Virus record (IMG/VR): IMGVR_UViG_2895476258_000013 | Span: 1 to 64,000 of that record | Reading direction: 5' to 3' (one strand) | Source of the DNA: a virus | Taxonomy: Duplodnaviria > Caudoviricetes | DNA: 64,000 bases | In this document: positions 56,453 through 64,000 of the stretch, one piece after another | Position numbering within the stretch: position 1 is the stretch's first letter | How the letters are laid out: every line of letters begins with the position of its first letter | Position numbers and translations under genes: made by a program | Notes under the pieces: generated by a model | Database searches by the model: none | What the model was told of the DNA's origin: nothing | Seen by the model: only the letters and a program-made list of their open reading frames with translations

Positions 56453-57627
56453 GCGATCTGACCATCGGCCGGTACGTCGTCCGGGAAACGTGGTCCGTCT
56501 CCGAGACCGGCGCCGGCGTGCTGCAGGTGGCTGGCCGTGAGGTGATGCCTCCGCTGACCCGCGCCGATGTGGTGTACCGGTATGAGAGCGCGCTCGGCTC
56601 ACAAAGGCTGCTGGTACCGGTCGTGTGGGAGGACAAGCCCGAGAGAAGCGGCTACTACACGGTGACGTCAGCATCCGGCGACATCATGGACCGGGCCGCC
56701 GAGGGCGTGGTGGTCGCCGAGTGGAAGCTCTCGCTCGCCAGGCACGGCAGCGACACGGACGTCGACCTGGAGTCCAGGCTTACGGGTGCGGTGCGCGCCA
56801 ACGACTTCTCGCTGACGGGTGAGCGCTGGCATGCGCCGCCCATCGGCCACCACAGCTACTACACCGGCTCGACGATCCCCTCGACGATGACCCGCACGGG
56901 ATCGGACGGGGCGGTGACCGTCTACCGCGGGGTTCCCGCTAACGTGTCCCCGCGGTGGGGCTGCGCAGTCGATGACTACCTCCGTGGCTGCGTGCGGATT
57001 CTGTCGGTCGGCTATGAGCGGGTCGGGGTTGGCCAGGCTGTGGACGCCGACGATTGGGAGCTGTCCAACACGCTAGTCCGGGTGCGTCCGCTGCTGTCCG
57101 GTGGCACGCTGGAGATCGCCGCCTACACGGGCGGTGCCTGGCGTACCAAGGCGTGGTGGGCGGATATTGGCGGGGTGCAGATCGCCCGGTTCGAGGCGGC
57201 GACGATCCTCCGCAACGACCCCGAGATGTGCGTCCTACGCCTCACAGAGCACCGTGCGACCGTTGGGCGGGCGGTGCTGGATTTGACGCTCAGACGCGGA
57301 TCCAGGGTCGTCGAGGGCTACCTGCAGAGAGGCGACTCCGGGACGCTCAGCGTCTACCTGGCCAGCGCCGAGACGATGACCGACAGCACCTCGTACGTGG
57401 TGAAGACCACCAACGACGCCGACGGCAACAGGGCGATAGCGGGCTCGGCACGAAACTTTGACCCACACGCGTCGGGCGGGATCACCAAGACCGCGAGCAC
57501 TGCACTGGACTTCTTCGTCGGCGTGGTCGCGGGAGGCGGCTCAGCGGTGTCGGGGGACCAGGCAACCAACATCAGGGACCAGTACATTGGCGCACTCCCC
57601 GAGGCGGTCGTCGCCGTGCGGCGCTAG
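56449..57627 (+). CDS. Minor tail protein (distal tail-like)
   Basis: Directly after the tape measure gene. Confidence 0.75.
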   Translation: MSDLTIGRYVVRETWSVSETGAGVLQVAGREVMPPLTRADVVYRYESALGSQRLLVPVVWEDKPERSGYYTVTSASGDIMDRAAEGVVVAEWKLSLARHGSDTDVDLESRLTGAVRANDFSLTGERWHAPPIGHHSYYTGSTIPSTMTRTGSDGAVTVYRGVPANVSPRWGCAVDDYLRGCVRILSVGYERVGVGQAVDADDWELSNTLVRVRPLLSGGTLEIAAYTGGAWRTKAWWADIGGVQIARFEAATILRNDPEMCVLRLTEHRATVGRAVLDLTLRRGSRVVEGYLQRGDSGTLSVYLASAETMTDSTSYVVKTTNDADGNRAIAGSARNFDPHASGGITKTASTALDFFVGVVAGGGSAVSGDQATNIRDQYIGALPEAVVAVRR

Positions 57628-58118
57628 CTCGCGAGCTTCTTGCCTCGGACGTTGCGGATGACGGTTGCCACAGCTTGAACGTCACCCTCCTCGTTGGTCA
57701 GATGGGGGTTGGCTTCCATGATCTGTCCGGCGAGTTCCTTCAGGGCTGCGTCGTCCACGTTGTAGGTGGCGGCGATGTGCCGTAGAGCGCGGACTTCGTG
57801 ATGCCATTCGGTCGTGTCGTGCGGGTGTTCTCTGTGAGAGGCATCCCGGGCTGCGCGGTACTCCTCGCGGGCCCTCTCGATGGGGAGAGGGCCGCCCCCC
57901 GCTCCGCGTCCGGGGAGCGCGAGCTTCCACGCCTTCCAGTCGGTCGGGTTGTCCCATCCGGGGGTGCCGCCGTCGTCGGGGTCGCCGATCCAGACAGTCG
58001 GCTCGGGGCAGGGGTGGTTGGTTCCGGCGTAGCGGGTGCGCCACTTGGAGACGGTGGCGGCGGAGACGCCGAAGAGTCCACTGATGTCCTTCATGCTCAG
58101 GTGCCGCTTCGCTTCCAT
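57624..58118 (-). CDS. HTH DNA-binding protein inserted in the tail module (moron)
   Basis: LSMKDISGLFGVSAATVSKWRTRY; GGAGG RBS. Confidence 0.75.
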   Translation of the reverse strand: MEAKRHLSMKDISGLFGVSAATVSKWRTRYAGTNHPCPEPTVWIGDPDDGGTPGWDNPTDWKAWKLALPGRGAGGGPLPIERAREEYRAARDASHREHPHDTTEWHHEVRALRHIAATYNVDDAALKELAGQIMEANPHLTNEEGDVQAVATVIRNVRGKKLAS

Positions 58119-58136
58119 GGGGATCCTCCGGAGTCG

Positions 58137-58196
58137 TTGTCGAGCTTCTAGACAAAGATTAGACCATCACAGAAACCTTGTCTATATCTTCGACAA
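58137..58196 (-). promoter_or_regulatory. Promoter TAGACA-N17-TAATCT with two TTGTC-N9-GACAA operators
   Basis: Sites 58137-58155 and 58178-58196, inverted relative to each other. Confidence 0.7.
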
Positions 58197-58219
58197 AGAC
58201 ATCGGGGGGGTGGTGGCAG

Positions 58220-61200
58220 ATGACGGTCAACGAGCAACTCATGGGGCTCGGTTCCTGGGGCATCACCCTGCGCGAGGAGACCCCGCGCGAGGTCCTCGAC
58301 CGGCTCGGCTACTTCGGCCACGTCGCCATCGTCCCGGGCAGGGTGAACCCGGCCGAGTACAACGACACCCTGTTGACGATGGCCAGGTACGTCGGCGTGC
58401 TGACGAAGCGGGACTTCGACGACGATAAGCGCATCAGCGGCCAGGGCATGGCGCTGTGGCTCGGCGACTCGGACGACAAGGGCGAAGTGTTCGAGAGCCC
58501 CGTCTCGATCGTGGGGCAGACGTTCGCGACCACCATCACCACTCTCATGTCCGGCTCCACGGCCGTGGTGGTGGGCACCCTGTACTCGGTGGCCGGGAAC
58601 TACTCAGGGACGCACGTGTGGCAGTCCCGGGGCAAGGCGATCGACTACGTGTGCCAGACGATGGGCGCCGAGTGGCGGGTCAACGGCAACGCCGCCTTGG
58701 ACGCCGGGCCGATCGCGAACCTGTACGTCACCAGCCCGACGTGTGTGGTGGTGCGGAAGGATGCGGGCAAGGACCTGACGTTGACCGGCATCACCGGCGA
58801 CATGCAGTTGAGCAGGGATGTGGAGGACTTCACAACCCGCGTGGTGCTGCTGGCCGAGGGCGAGGGCGAGTCCACCGCTACGGGGTCGGCGAACATCGCG
58901 AGCAACCCCTACCTAGACATTCGCGGGAATCCAGTGAAGCGAGTGCGGCTCGTCTCGGAGTCGTCGACTTCGACGGGGAACGCGCAGGTTAGGGCGCAAC
59001 TTCAGCTCAACCGGTTCACGGGTACTCGGAATGCGCTCGGCTTGTCGGCGGATGTCTACGAGGTCCGCGGCTCGTTCCAGTGCGGTGACTACGTGTGGGT
59101 GTATGACCCGGACAGCGGGTTGTACGACACGACCCAGGAGATCACATTCCGGGGTCAGCGCATCAACCCGACCAAGCTCCGGGTTGTGGGCGCGTCGTGG
59201 CCGGTCACAGACCAGATGACGGTCGCGTACCGGCACCAGGACGGGACGTGGATCGACCTCACCGACTACGTGAATTCGGAGACGGGCTCGACGAAGCTGA
59301 CCGTGGGGGAGCTGAACCGCAGCCTCACGAACGCGGGGACCGAGCCGGTCGGGCCGCGACCGATCCCGGACACGACGATCCCGGGTGTCGTGAGCTGGGA
59401 TCTCCCGTTCACCACGGGCGTCTACCTCGACGGGTTGGGGAACACGCGGGCGCGGATCCTTGCGTCGTGGCTGCTGCCGTTGAACGCCGACGGGTCCACG
59501 ATCCTGGATGGTTCGCACTACGAGATCAGATACGGGATCAGCCCCGCCACGGACTGGCAGACCGAGTTCGCGCCATGGGGCAGCTTCCAGGCGAACATCC
59601 TGGACTTGTCGCCGGGCGTGGACTACGACTTCCAAATCAGGGCCGTTGATCTCTCCGCCAATCAGGGCGCCTGGTCGGCGACGGAGACTGCGACTGCGAA
59701 CCCGGACACGATCGCGCCCAGCACCCCGGCACCGCCCACGGTGGCGGGCAGCCGGTTGGCGATCCAGGTCACGCACACGCTCGGCAAGGCCTCCGGCGGA
59801 ACCTACAACCTCGAACTCGACCTCGACCATCTTGAGGTGCACGTCGGCTCGGTCGGGAGCTTCACGCCGGACAGCACCACGCTCAAGGGCGAGGTGCTCG
59901 CCAACTCGGGCATGATCCGCGCGCTGATTCCTGCGGTGGGTACGGTCGACGTGGAGGAGACGACGACCCGGCACGTCAAGGTGATCGCCGTGGACGAGGC
60001 GGGCAACAAGAGCAGCCCGTCTACAGCAGCGACCGCGACGGCATTGCTGATCGACAACGCGCACATCAGCGATCTGACTGTCACCAAGGTCACGGCCGGG
60101 ACGGTTAGCGCGAACTGGCTGCTCGGCGCGTCGATCAGGACAGCGTCCAGCGGGCAGCGGGTGGAGCTCAACGCAACCGGCCTGCACGGTTTCAACGGTG
60201 CCGGGACGGAGCTGGTGACTCTGTCGAACACCGGCTCATTCACGCTGCGGAGCGCGTCCAGTGGCGCTCGTATCAACCTGGACGGCACGGGCTTCCGGGT
60301 GTTCAACTCAAGCGCGGTTGAGACAGTAAGTCTTCTCGCAACCGGATCGTTTGTAATAAAATCTGCTTCTTCCGGGGCAAGAATAGAACTTGACACTACT
60401 GGGTTTGCCGCTTTTAACTCAAGCGGCACACAAACAGTAGACATCGATGCAGCGACTGGCGATGTTACGATAACTGGTATTTTCCGTTCAGGGCTGACAG
60501 GGAAAAGAATCGAAGTCATCACAACGTCAGGTGATCCATTCATCAAGTTTTATGGAAGTTCGTCGGGTACCGACTTCGCCTACATGGCTTATGCTCAATC
60601 CATTGTCAATGCAAATCATCCCGCTGTCGTCATGGGCTCATCGACTGGGCTATCTAATCCCGGCGCTGTTATTGTTGATAGCGGAAAAGTTCACGCGATT
60701 ATTAATCCAGGGGTGAGCGGGTCAGAGGCTGGATTGATTGCATTGACGGGCTATGCAGAACTCAGGACGCCGACTTCAACAATTCAGGTTGGAGATCCAA
60801 ATATATTTCTTAATGCTCCTAACGGAAATGTTAGAGTTGTCTCGTCAACTGGTTTTGAGGTCAATGGCGTAACGAAGAACTTTATTATTGATCACCCGGC
60901 AGAAGGGGATCGTTATCTTATTCACGGTTGCACAGAGTCTCCGCACAACGGCGTCGAGTACTGGGGCACCGCCACCCTCGACGACCTCGGCGTGGCCGAG
61001 GTGGAACTGCCGCGATACTTTGAGGCGCTCACCGCTTATGAAGGCCGCGCCGTCCTGCTCACCGGTATTGGTGAGCACCTGCTGCTGGCGTCCGCCACGT
61101 ACCCGAAGGATGGCCGGTTCTGCGTGCACGGTGTCGCTGGCCAGCGGGTCGCCTGGCTCGTCAAGGCCATCCGCAAGGATGTGCCGCCAGTGCTGGTCGA

Positions 61201-61279
61201 ACCGCGCCGCGATGAGGTGATCGTGCGCGGTGACGGACCTTACCGCTACTACACGATCAAGGAAGCCGCGCATGACTGA
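58220..61279 (+). CDS. Large minor tail/host-recognition protein (fibronectin-III-like region, 37-aa repeats)
   Basis: DLSPGVDYDFQIRAVD; repeats SASSGARI.L; C-terminal KNFIIDHP...HGCTESP. Confidence 0.85.
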   Translation: MTVNEQLMGLGSWGITLREETPREVLDRLGYFGHVAIVPGRVNPAEYNDTLLTMARYVGVLTKRDFDDDKRISGQGMALWLGDSDDKGEVFESPVSIVGQTFATTITTLMSGSTAVVVGTLYSVAGNYSGTHVWQSRGKAIDYVCQTMGAEWRVNGNAALDAGPIANLYVTSPTCVVVRKDAGKDLTLTGITGDMQLSRDVEDFTTRVVLLAEGEGESTATGSANIASNPYLDIRGNPVKRVRLVSESSTSTGNAQVRAQLQLNRFTGTRNALGLSADVYEVRGSFQCGDYVWVYDPDSGLYDTTQEITFRGQRINPTKLRVVGASWPVTDQMTVAYRHQDGTWIDLTDYVNSETGSTKLTVGELNRSLTNAGTEPVGPRPIPDTTIPGVVSWDLPFTTGVYLDGLGNTRARILASWLLPLNADGSTILDGSHYEIRYGISPATDWQTEFAPWGSFQANILDLSPGVDYDFQIRAVDLSANQGAWSATETATANPDTIAPSTPAPPTVAGSRLAIQVTHTLGKASGGTYNLELDLDHLEVHVGSVGSFTPDSTTLKGEVLANSGMIRALIPAVGTVDVEETTTRHVKVIAVDEAGNKSSPSTAATATALLIDNAHISDLTVTKVTAGTVSANWLLGASIRTASSGQRVELNATGLHGFNGAGTELVTLSNTGSFTLRSASSGARINLDGTGFRVFNSSAVETVSLLATGSFVIKSASSGARIELDTTGFAAFNSSGTQTVDIDAATGDVTITGIFRSGLTGKRIEVITTSGDPFIKFYGSSSGTDFAYMAYAQSIVNANHPAVVMGSSTGLSNPGAVIVDSGKVHAIINPGVSGSEAGLIALTGYAELRTPTSTIQVGDPNIFLNAPNGNVRVVSSTGFEVNGVTKNFIIDHPAEGDRYLIHGCTESPHNGVEYWGTATLDDLGVAEVELPRYFEALTAYEGRAVLLTGIGEHLLLASATYPKDGRFCVHGVAGQRVAWLVKAIRKDVPPVLVEPRRDEVIVRGDGPYRYYTIKEAAHD

Positions 61280-61463
61280 CCAACCGCTTTCCGTCCCCTT
61301 CGAGCCCTACGCCCAAGCCCTCGCAGAGCAGCGCAACCAGGCGCTCGACCAGGTGGCCCAGTTGCAGGCCGTTGTCCACCAACTCCAGGTGGACAACGAG
61401 CGGCTTACGGCTGAGAACAAGAAGCTCCGCGCAGAGAAAGACGGCCCATTCGGCGACTCCTGA
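61272..61463 (+). CDS. Small coiled-coil protein
   Basis: Heptad pattern LAEQRNQALDQVAQLQ. Confidence 0.6.
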   Translation: MTDQPLSVPFEPYAQALAEQRNQALDQVAQLQAVVHQLQVDNERLTAENKKLRAEKDGPFGDS

Positions 61464-61467
61464 CCTC

Positions 61468-61632
61468 TCACCGATGCTTGGTGATTGTGGTCCGCTTGCG
61501 GCGCCGGTTCCAGATCCACGGCCAAGCCATCCCCATGGTGAACGTCATCCACATGATGTCGCCGAGCGTCCACGCAGGTTTCGTCGTCGACCTGCCGACG
61601 TTCCGCACCTCTAGCGGCTTGTCCTGTCCCAT
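61468..61632 (-). CDS. Small membrane protein on the opposite strand (54 aa)
   Basis: AGGAGG RBS; WTLGDIMWMTFTMGMAWPWIW followed by RRRKR. Confidence 0.55.
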   Translation of the reverse strand: MGQDKPLEVRNVGRSTTKPAWTLGDIMWMTFTMGMAWPWIWNRRRKRTTITKHR

Positions 61633-61801
61633 CTGGTGTGGCCTCCTGCCGTAGCGCCCGGGAATGGTGTGACGCCTCAAGCATGCTCCCGGTTGACGCG
61701 CTTCGCCTGTCCACATCCGGACACCCACGATCGGTGCCGCCCGTCTTGTTGAGGGTGCTCGGCGGGCGGCACCCACTACCTACACCACGGCGAGGAGCGA
61801 T

Positions 61802-62125
61802 GTGGCTGATGAGCCGTCTCTGGGTGAGCTGTCTCGCCGGATTGACCACATGACGGCGATGCTGGGGCAGCTCGTGCAGCGGGCGGAGTACACCGCGGAC
61901 CGGCGCTACGACGACCGAAGGTTCGCTGAGATCGAGGCCGACCTCGCCGAGCTGCGCCGCACGTGGACGGACGAGCTGAAGGCGTTGAAGGCTAGCATCG
62001 ACGCCGCCACCGAGAAGCGCGGCACCAACGTCAGGCAGGCCGTCTACGCAGGTCTCATCCCTGCCGTGCTGGTGTTGATCGGCATCATTGTGCAGGTCTG
62101 GCTCGCCTCGAAAGGCGGGTCCTGA
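61802..62125 (+). CDS. Membrane protein of the lysis region (holin-like candidate)
   Basis: EPSLGEL N-terminal coil plus C-terminal TM. Confidence 0.6.
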   Translation: MADEPSLGELSRRIDHMTAMLGQLVQRAEYTADRRYDDRRFAEIEADLAELRRTWTDELKALKASIDAATEKRGTNVRQAVYAGLIPAVLVLIGIIVQVWLASKGGS

Positions 62126-62778
62126 TGGGTGAGCACGTACGGCTCGCGCGCCGCAACTGGCTGGTCATCGCTACCGCCGTTGTGGTCGCTCTGCTCGGAC
62201 TATGGGCTTCGGTCCAGATCGGCGCTCTCGGCGAGCAGCTGCGCAAGTCAGAGGAGAACCAGGAGGTGCTTTCCGACCAGGTGGAGCGCCTCGGTGGGGA
62301 GCCTCTCGTGTCGCCATCTGTTGGCCCTCCCGGTGAGCGCGGTGAACCAGGCCGGGCCCCGACTGCTGCGGAAATCTCCGCCGCGGTGTCCGCCTACCTG
62401 GCCGCGCATCCGCCGGCGGGTGGCAGGGCGCCCACATCGAGCGAGATCGCCGCGGCGGTAACGGCGTACCTGAAGGACCATCCGCCCGCCCGCGGGCCTG
62501 CTGGCTTTGCGGGGAGCCCGGGGCCTCGCGGTGAGCCCGGAGAGACCGTTACTGGCCCGCCGGGGGCCAAGGGCGAAGACGGCGTCGACGGTAAAGACGG
62601 CAAGGACTCGACCGTTCCCGGACCTCAGGGTGAGCGCGGCCCGCCGCCGTCCGCCGAACAGATCTCCGACGCCGTCGACGCGTGGCTGAAGGCCAACCCC
62701 ATCTACTGCTACCCGCCCGACCCGCCTGGCCAGGTCACAGGCAAGCCATGGCGATGCACAGCCGTCGCACCGTCTTGA
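62125..62778 (+). CDS. Membrane-anchored collagen-like (Gly-X-Y) protein
   Basis: N-terminal TM; GPPGERGEPG and GPRGEPGETVTGPPGAKGEDG. Confidence 0.8.
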   Translation: MGEHVRLARRNWLVIATAVVVALLGLWASVQIGALGEQLRKSEENQEVLSDQVERLGGEPLVSPSVGPPGERGEPGRAPTAAEISAAVSAYLAAHPPAGGRAPTSSEIAAAVTAYLKDHPPARGPAGFAGSPGPRGEPGETVTGPPGAKGEDGVDGKDGKDSTVPGPQGERGPPPSAEQISDAVDAWLKANPIYCYPPDPPGQVTGKPWRCTAVAPS

Positions 62779-62791
62779 AAAGGAGGCCAGC

Positions 62792-63589
62792 GTGCCATAC
62801 CTGACACAGCTCGCGAAGGTGGCCCGCCGTACCGGCTGCCCGGTGACTGAGGTGTCCGGCTGGAAGACTCGCGGACACGGGCCTCAGCCCGAGGTCGACG
62901 GCGTCGTCTGCCACCACACCGCCGGCTGGAATGACATGCACGTGGTCCGCGACGGCCGACCGGGTCTTGACGGGCCGCTGTCGCACATCTGGCTACGCCG
63001 CGACGGACGGATCTTCATCGTTGCTGCGGGTCGGTGCTGGCACAACGCGCCGAGTCTGTCGCTGGGCCACACCAACAGCCGCTCGATCGGTATCGAGGCG
63101 GAGAACGACGGCCGGACGGCGTGGCCCAAGGTGCAGTTGGACGCCTACAAGCGGCTGTGTGCGGAGCTGTGCCGCGAGTTCGGGCTGCCGGTGTCGACGG
63201 TGAAGGGCCACAAGGAGGTCAACTCCTCCAAGCCGGACCCGCACTCGATCAACATGACCAGCTTTCGCAAGGACGTCGCCGCGTTGCTCAAGGGTGAGCC
63301 CGCGGCGCCGGCCCTCACGTGGACGGAGAAGCTCGTGAAGGACCTACCCGTGCTCCGCCCCAAAGACGACAACTACGACGTCAAGACGGCCAGGAGCGCA
63401 CTCTTCGCCCGCGGCTACCTCCCCGAGGCCGTCTACGCCACCGTGGGGCTGCAGGCATGGCTGGAGCGGACCAAGTACGACGACGAATTCGCGGGCCTCA
63501 TCAAGGGCTTCCAGAAGCTGAAGAAGCTCGACGCGGATTGCCTGATCGGCCCCGACACCTGGCGAGCCCTGCTGACGGCCTCCAGATGA
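62792..63589 (+). CDS. Endolysin, N-acetylmuramoyl-L-alanine amidase with peptidoglycan-binding C-terminus
   Basis: VVCHHTAG, SIGIEAEN, KGHKEV, KPDP; FQKLKKLDADCLIGPDTW. Confidence 0.92.
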   Translation: MPYLTQLAKVARRTGCPVTEVSGWKTRGHGPQPEVDGVVCHHTAGWNDMHVVRDGRPGLDGPLSHIWLRRDGRIFIVAAGRCWHNAPSLSLGHTNSRSIGIEAENDGRTAWPKVQLDAYKRLCAELCREFGLPVSTVKGHKEVNSSKPDPHSINMTSFRKDVAALLKGEPAAPALTWTEKLVKDLPVLRPKDDNYDVKTARSALFARGYLPEAVYATVGLQAWLERTKYDDEFAGLIKGFQKLKKLDADCLIGPDTWRALLTASR

Positions 63590-63714
63590 GCGACGGCCTG
63601 TTCGCCCTCTGGTGGCCGTGGCCGTACCAAGAACGCCTCCCCGTGGCATCCATGCCGGCGGAGGAGATCGAGCCCGGGGAGCGCATCCCTGGGCTCATCG
63701 ACGAGTGCAACTGA
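63586..63714 (+). CDS. Small hypothetical protein
   Basis: ATGA coupled. Confidence 0.35.
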   Translation: MSDGLFALWWPWPYQERLPVASMPAEEIEPGERIPGLIDECN

Positions 63715-63800
63715 CCGCGAGACCACGTTCTCGCCCTGGGCGGTCCTGCCGGATGCAGGGCCGCCCTTCGCATGTCCCCTGATAGGAAGAGCATCCTCGA

Positions 63801-64000
63801 ATGCGCATCAACAAGAGCGCGACCCTCGCCGCCGGCGTTCTCATCGCGGCGAGCATGACCACCGGTACGGCGTCGGCTGCTGCCGCGCCCGGCGTGGGCG
63901 ACCTCAAGATTGTGGAGGTCGGTACGGACGCGATGGGCAGCGACACGTTCGCTAACCGGAACCGCGAGTTCGTCACCTTCAAGAACGACACCGCCGCCGC
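63801..64000 (+). CDS. Secreted protein, lamin-tail-domain-like, truncated by window end
   Basis: Signal peptide ...ASAAA; LKIVEVGTDAMGSD..ANRNREFVTFKN. Confidence 0.6.
   Translation, partial: MRINKSATLAAGVLIAASMTTGTASAAAAPGVGDLKIVEVGTDAMGSDTFANRNREFVTFKNDTAA

Larger units (their letters stand above)
1..64000. mobile_element. Temperate siphovirus/prophage of an actinomycete, ends not in window
   Basis: Repressor/cro switch, replication arm, complete head-tail module and endolysin in canonical order; no integrase or att seen. Confidence 0.95.

Noticed and set aside
54659-56674. 671-aa reverse-strand ORF, and similar ones at 52823-54256, 42035-44053, 46539-48320, 34586-35713 and 15694-17010
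   Set aside because: Antisense shadows of well-supported genes; high GC3 suppresses stop codons; translations lack motifs
58204-58211. Poly-G tract as a phase-variation switch before the tail gene
   Set aside because: Lies upstream of the likely ATG at 58220, so it would only change RBS spacing; too short to support
60137-61279. Diversity-generating retroelement target in the tail protein
   Set aside because: No reverse transcriptase and no template/variable repeat pair seen in the window
1-64000. Integrase, att site and tRNA genes
   Set aside because: No tyrosine or serine recombinase motifs and no cloverleaf with a T-loop GTTC pattern were found; they may lie outside the window

Overview
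The whole window is one high-GC temperate siphovirus/prophage of a filamentous actinomycete (host inferred from WhiB, DUF397 and GC/codon style). Left to right: two leftward accessory genes; a cI/cro-like switch (1.5-2.5 kb); an early/replication arm (antirepressor, several HNH proteins, AAA recombinase-type ATPase, C5 and N6/N4 DNA methyltransferases, RusA, WhiB, replication initiator with internal 30-bp repeats, a Gp37/68 DUF5131 protein interrupted by an HNH domain, tandem DUF397, RNA ligase-like protein, many small hypotheticals); an unusual ~10 kb block ahead of the terminase that encodes virion-appendage-like proteins (beta-helix, LamG, repeat proteins, two paralogous Ig-like adaptors) plus a sugar-modification set (GT-A glycosyltransferase, two SAM methyltransferases, NAD epimerase); then HNH-terS-terL-portal-MuF/protease-scaffold-capsid, a GT4 glycosyltransferase, neck and tail genes (GGGGGAA frameshift, 1461-aa tape measure), minor tail genes with an inserted HTH moron, and lysis genes. 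No integrase, att site, tRNA or CRISPR array is visible. All product calls come from motif recognition by eye; no database search was run.
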